From contig OZ240248.1 in NCBI GenBank assembly GCA_965198235.1, positions 3,744,001 through 3,808,000 of the forward strand: a stretch of DNA of 64,000 nt. Reading direction: 5' to 3'. The notes beneath the pieces were generated by a model. That model ran no database searches. It had not been told where the DNA came from and was given only the letters and a program-made list of their open reading frames with translations. The stretch's first letter is position 1, and each line of letters starts with the position of its first letter. Shown piece after piece: positions 62,980 to 64,000 of this stretch. The DNA is from Candidatus Poribacteria bacterium. Lineage in GTDB: Bacteria > Poribacteria > WGA-4E > WGA-3G. The position numbers and the translations under genes were made by a program.

Positions 62980-63240
62980 ATGCCAACGGAACAAGCCAGC
63001 GCCAGGACGCTTATGATGATTGTCAGCGTTATTGGTCTTATCTTTGCGATTGTTATGGTCATTCTTTTTTTTAATGCGGCACCTGCGCGTTCTAATATAG
63101 AGGTGCATCGTGGTTCAGAGGAAGCAGTTGAGTGTCTGAAGTGTCATTTAAGAGGCGATGAAAAATCCCCGACAATGCCACATCTCAATCTCGGTCGGTG
63201 TAACCTCTGCCACGGGTTATCCAAGGAAGATCCACAGTAG
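62980..63240 (+). CDS. Small membrane-anchored dihaem c-type cytochrome
   Basis: N-terminal TM helix; CLKCH and CNLCH. Confidence 0.75.
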   Translation: MPTEQASARTLMMIVSVIGLIFAIVMVILFFNAAPARSNIEVHRGSEEAVECLKCHLRGDEKSPTMPHLNLGRCNLCHGLSKEDPQ

Positions 63241-63257
63241 ATAGTAACCACACTGCA

Positions 63258-64000
63258 CTACGCCACAGCAGTCGAGCGAAGAACGGCTTTTATTCCTACC
63301 CAAGTAACCTTATCTTCTGCCTCGCTGACTACCTCAATACATTGAAACTGATTTGCCTCTAAAACTGACTGGACTTGGGCAAATTCAGCCTCCAAAATCC
63401 CAGAGAAAATGACGATCCCTTCAGGATAGAGCCGCTGTGCACAGAACGGAATCATCGGAAGAATTGCCTTTGTTAGGATATTCCCAATGATGAGATGGTA
63501 TCTGTTTTCTGTTCCCTTGAGCCCATCGCCTTGACATAAACACACCTGCAATGCCACATCGTTTGCCTGAAAATTGGCTGCTGCAACAGGGATTGCTGTT
63601 GAATCAATCTCAATGGCATCAACGTGTTTCGCTCCTAACTTAATAGCAGCAATTGTTAGGATACCTGAACCTGTCCCGATGTCAGCAACGCGATGGTGCG
63701 ATTCGACGGTGCGTTCCAATAATTCGAGGGTGAGTCGTGTGGTTGGATGGTAACCTGTTCCAAATGCCATACCCGGATCAAGTTGAATCAGGATTTCCGT
63801 TTTGTTGTGGGGAACATCGCTCCACGTTGGGGCAATGACAATCCTTCTACCAACACGCTGCGGTGGGAAGGCGGATTTCCATGCCTCTTCCCACTTCTCG
63901 GATTTGACCTGTTTTAAATCAATCGTTGCAGGGTGTGGTTGGATACCCCATGTTGGAAGTTCCGTAAGGAAGTCGCGGAGTTTCTGCATCCGTGCGCTAA
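63258..64000 (-). CDS. prmA: Ribosomal protein L11 methyltransferase (5' end outside the window)
   Basis: WEEAWK, LDPGMAFGTGYHPTT, DIGTGSGIL, FSGIL. Confidence 0.92.
   Translation of the reverse strand, partial: SARMQKLRDFLTELPTWGIQPHPATIDLKQVKSEKWEEAWKSAFPPQRVGRRIVIAPTWSDVPHNKTEILIQLDPGMAFGTGYHPTTRLTLELLERTVESHHRVADIGTGSGILTIAAIKLGAKHVDAIEIDSTAIPVAAANFQANDVALQVCLCQGDGLKGTENRYHLIIGNILTKAILPMIPFCAQRLYPEGIVIFSGILEAEFAQVQSVLEANQFQCIEVVSEAEDKVTWVGIKAVLRSTAVA

Overview
A 64-kb bacterial chromosomal window. Gene content (LamG proteins with a shared C-terminal motif, PhyH, a sulfatase, several Gfo/Idh/MocA enzymes, an ankyrin-containing secreted protein) suggests Candidatus Poribacteria or a relative; this is inference, not a database result. 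It carries housekeeping and catabolic genes (pckG, an Omp85 protein, a tandem PurS, prmA, uronate/sugar catabolism) and a DtxR-regulated Mn/Fe locus with a tandemly duplicated promoter/operator. Mobile DNA includes an intact IS3 element that splits a secreted His-swivel/ATP-grasp gene, a non-coding IS200/IS605-like element with an internal promoter and an omegaRNA-like 3' end, and many short palindromic repeat families. The most notable observations are: (1) a conserved C-terminal tail (V-x-P-x-x-[K/R/H]-L-x-x-[T/A]-W-[G/A]-x-[L/I/V]-K) on five exported proteins of two unrelated domain types, a candidate undescribed sorting signal; (2) GTAG-type REP palindromes inserted in frame into protein-coding genes; (3) the orphan omegaRNA-like cassette. 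No rRNA, tRNA or CRISPR array was seen.
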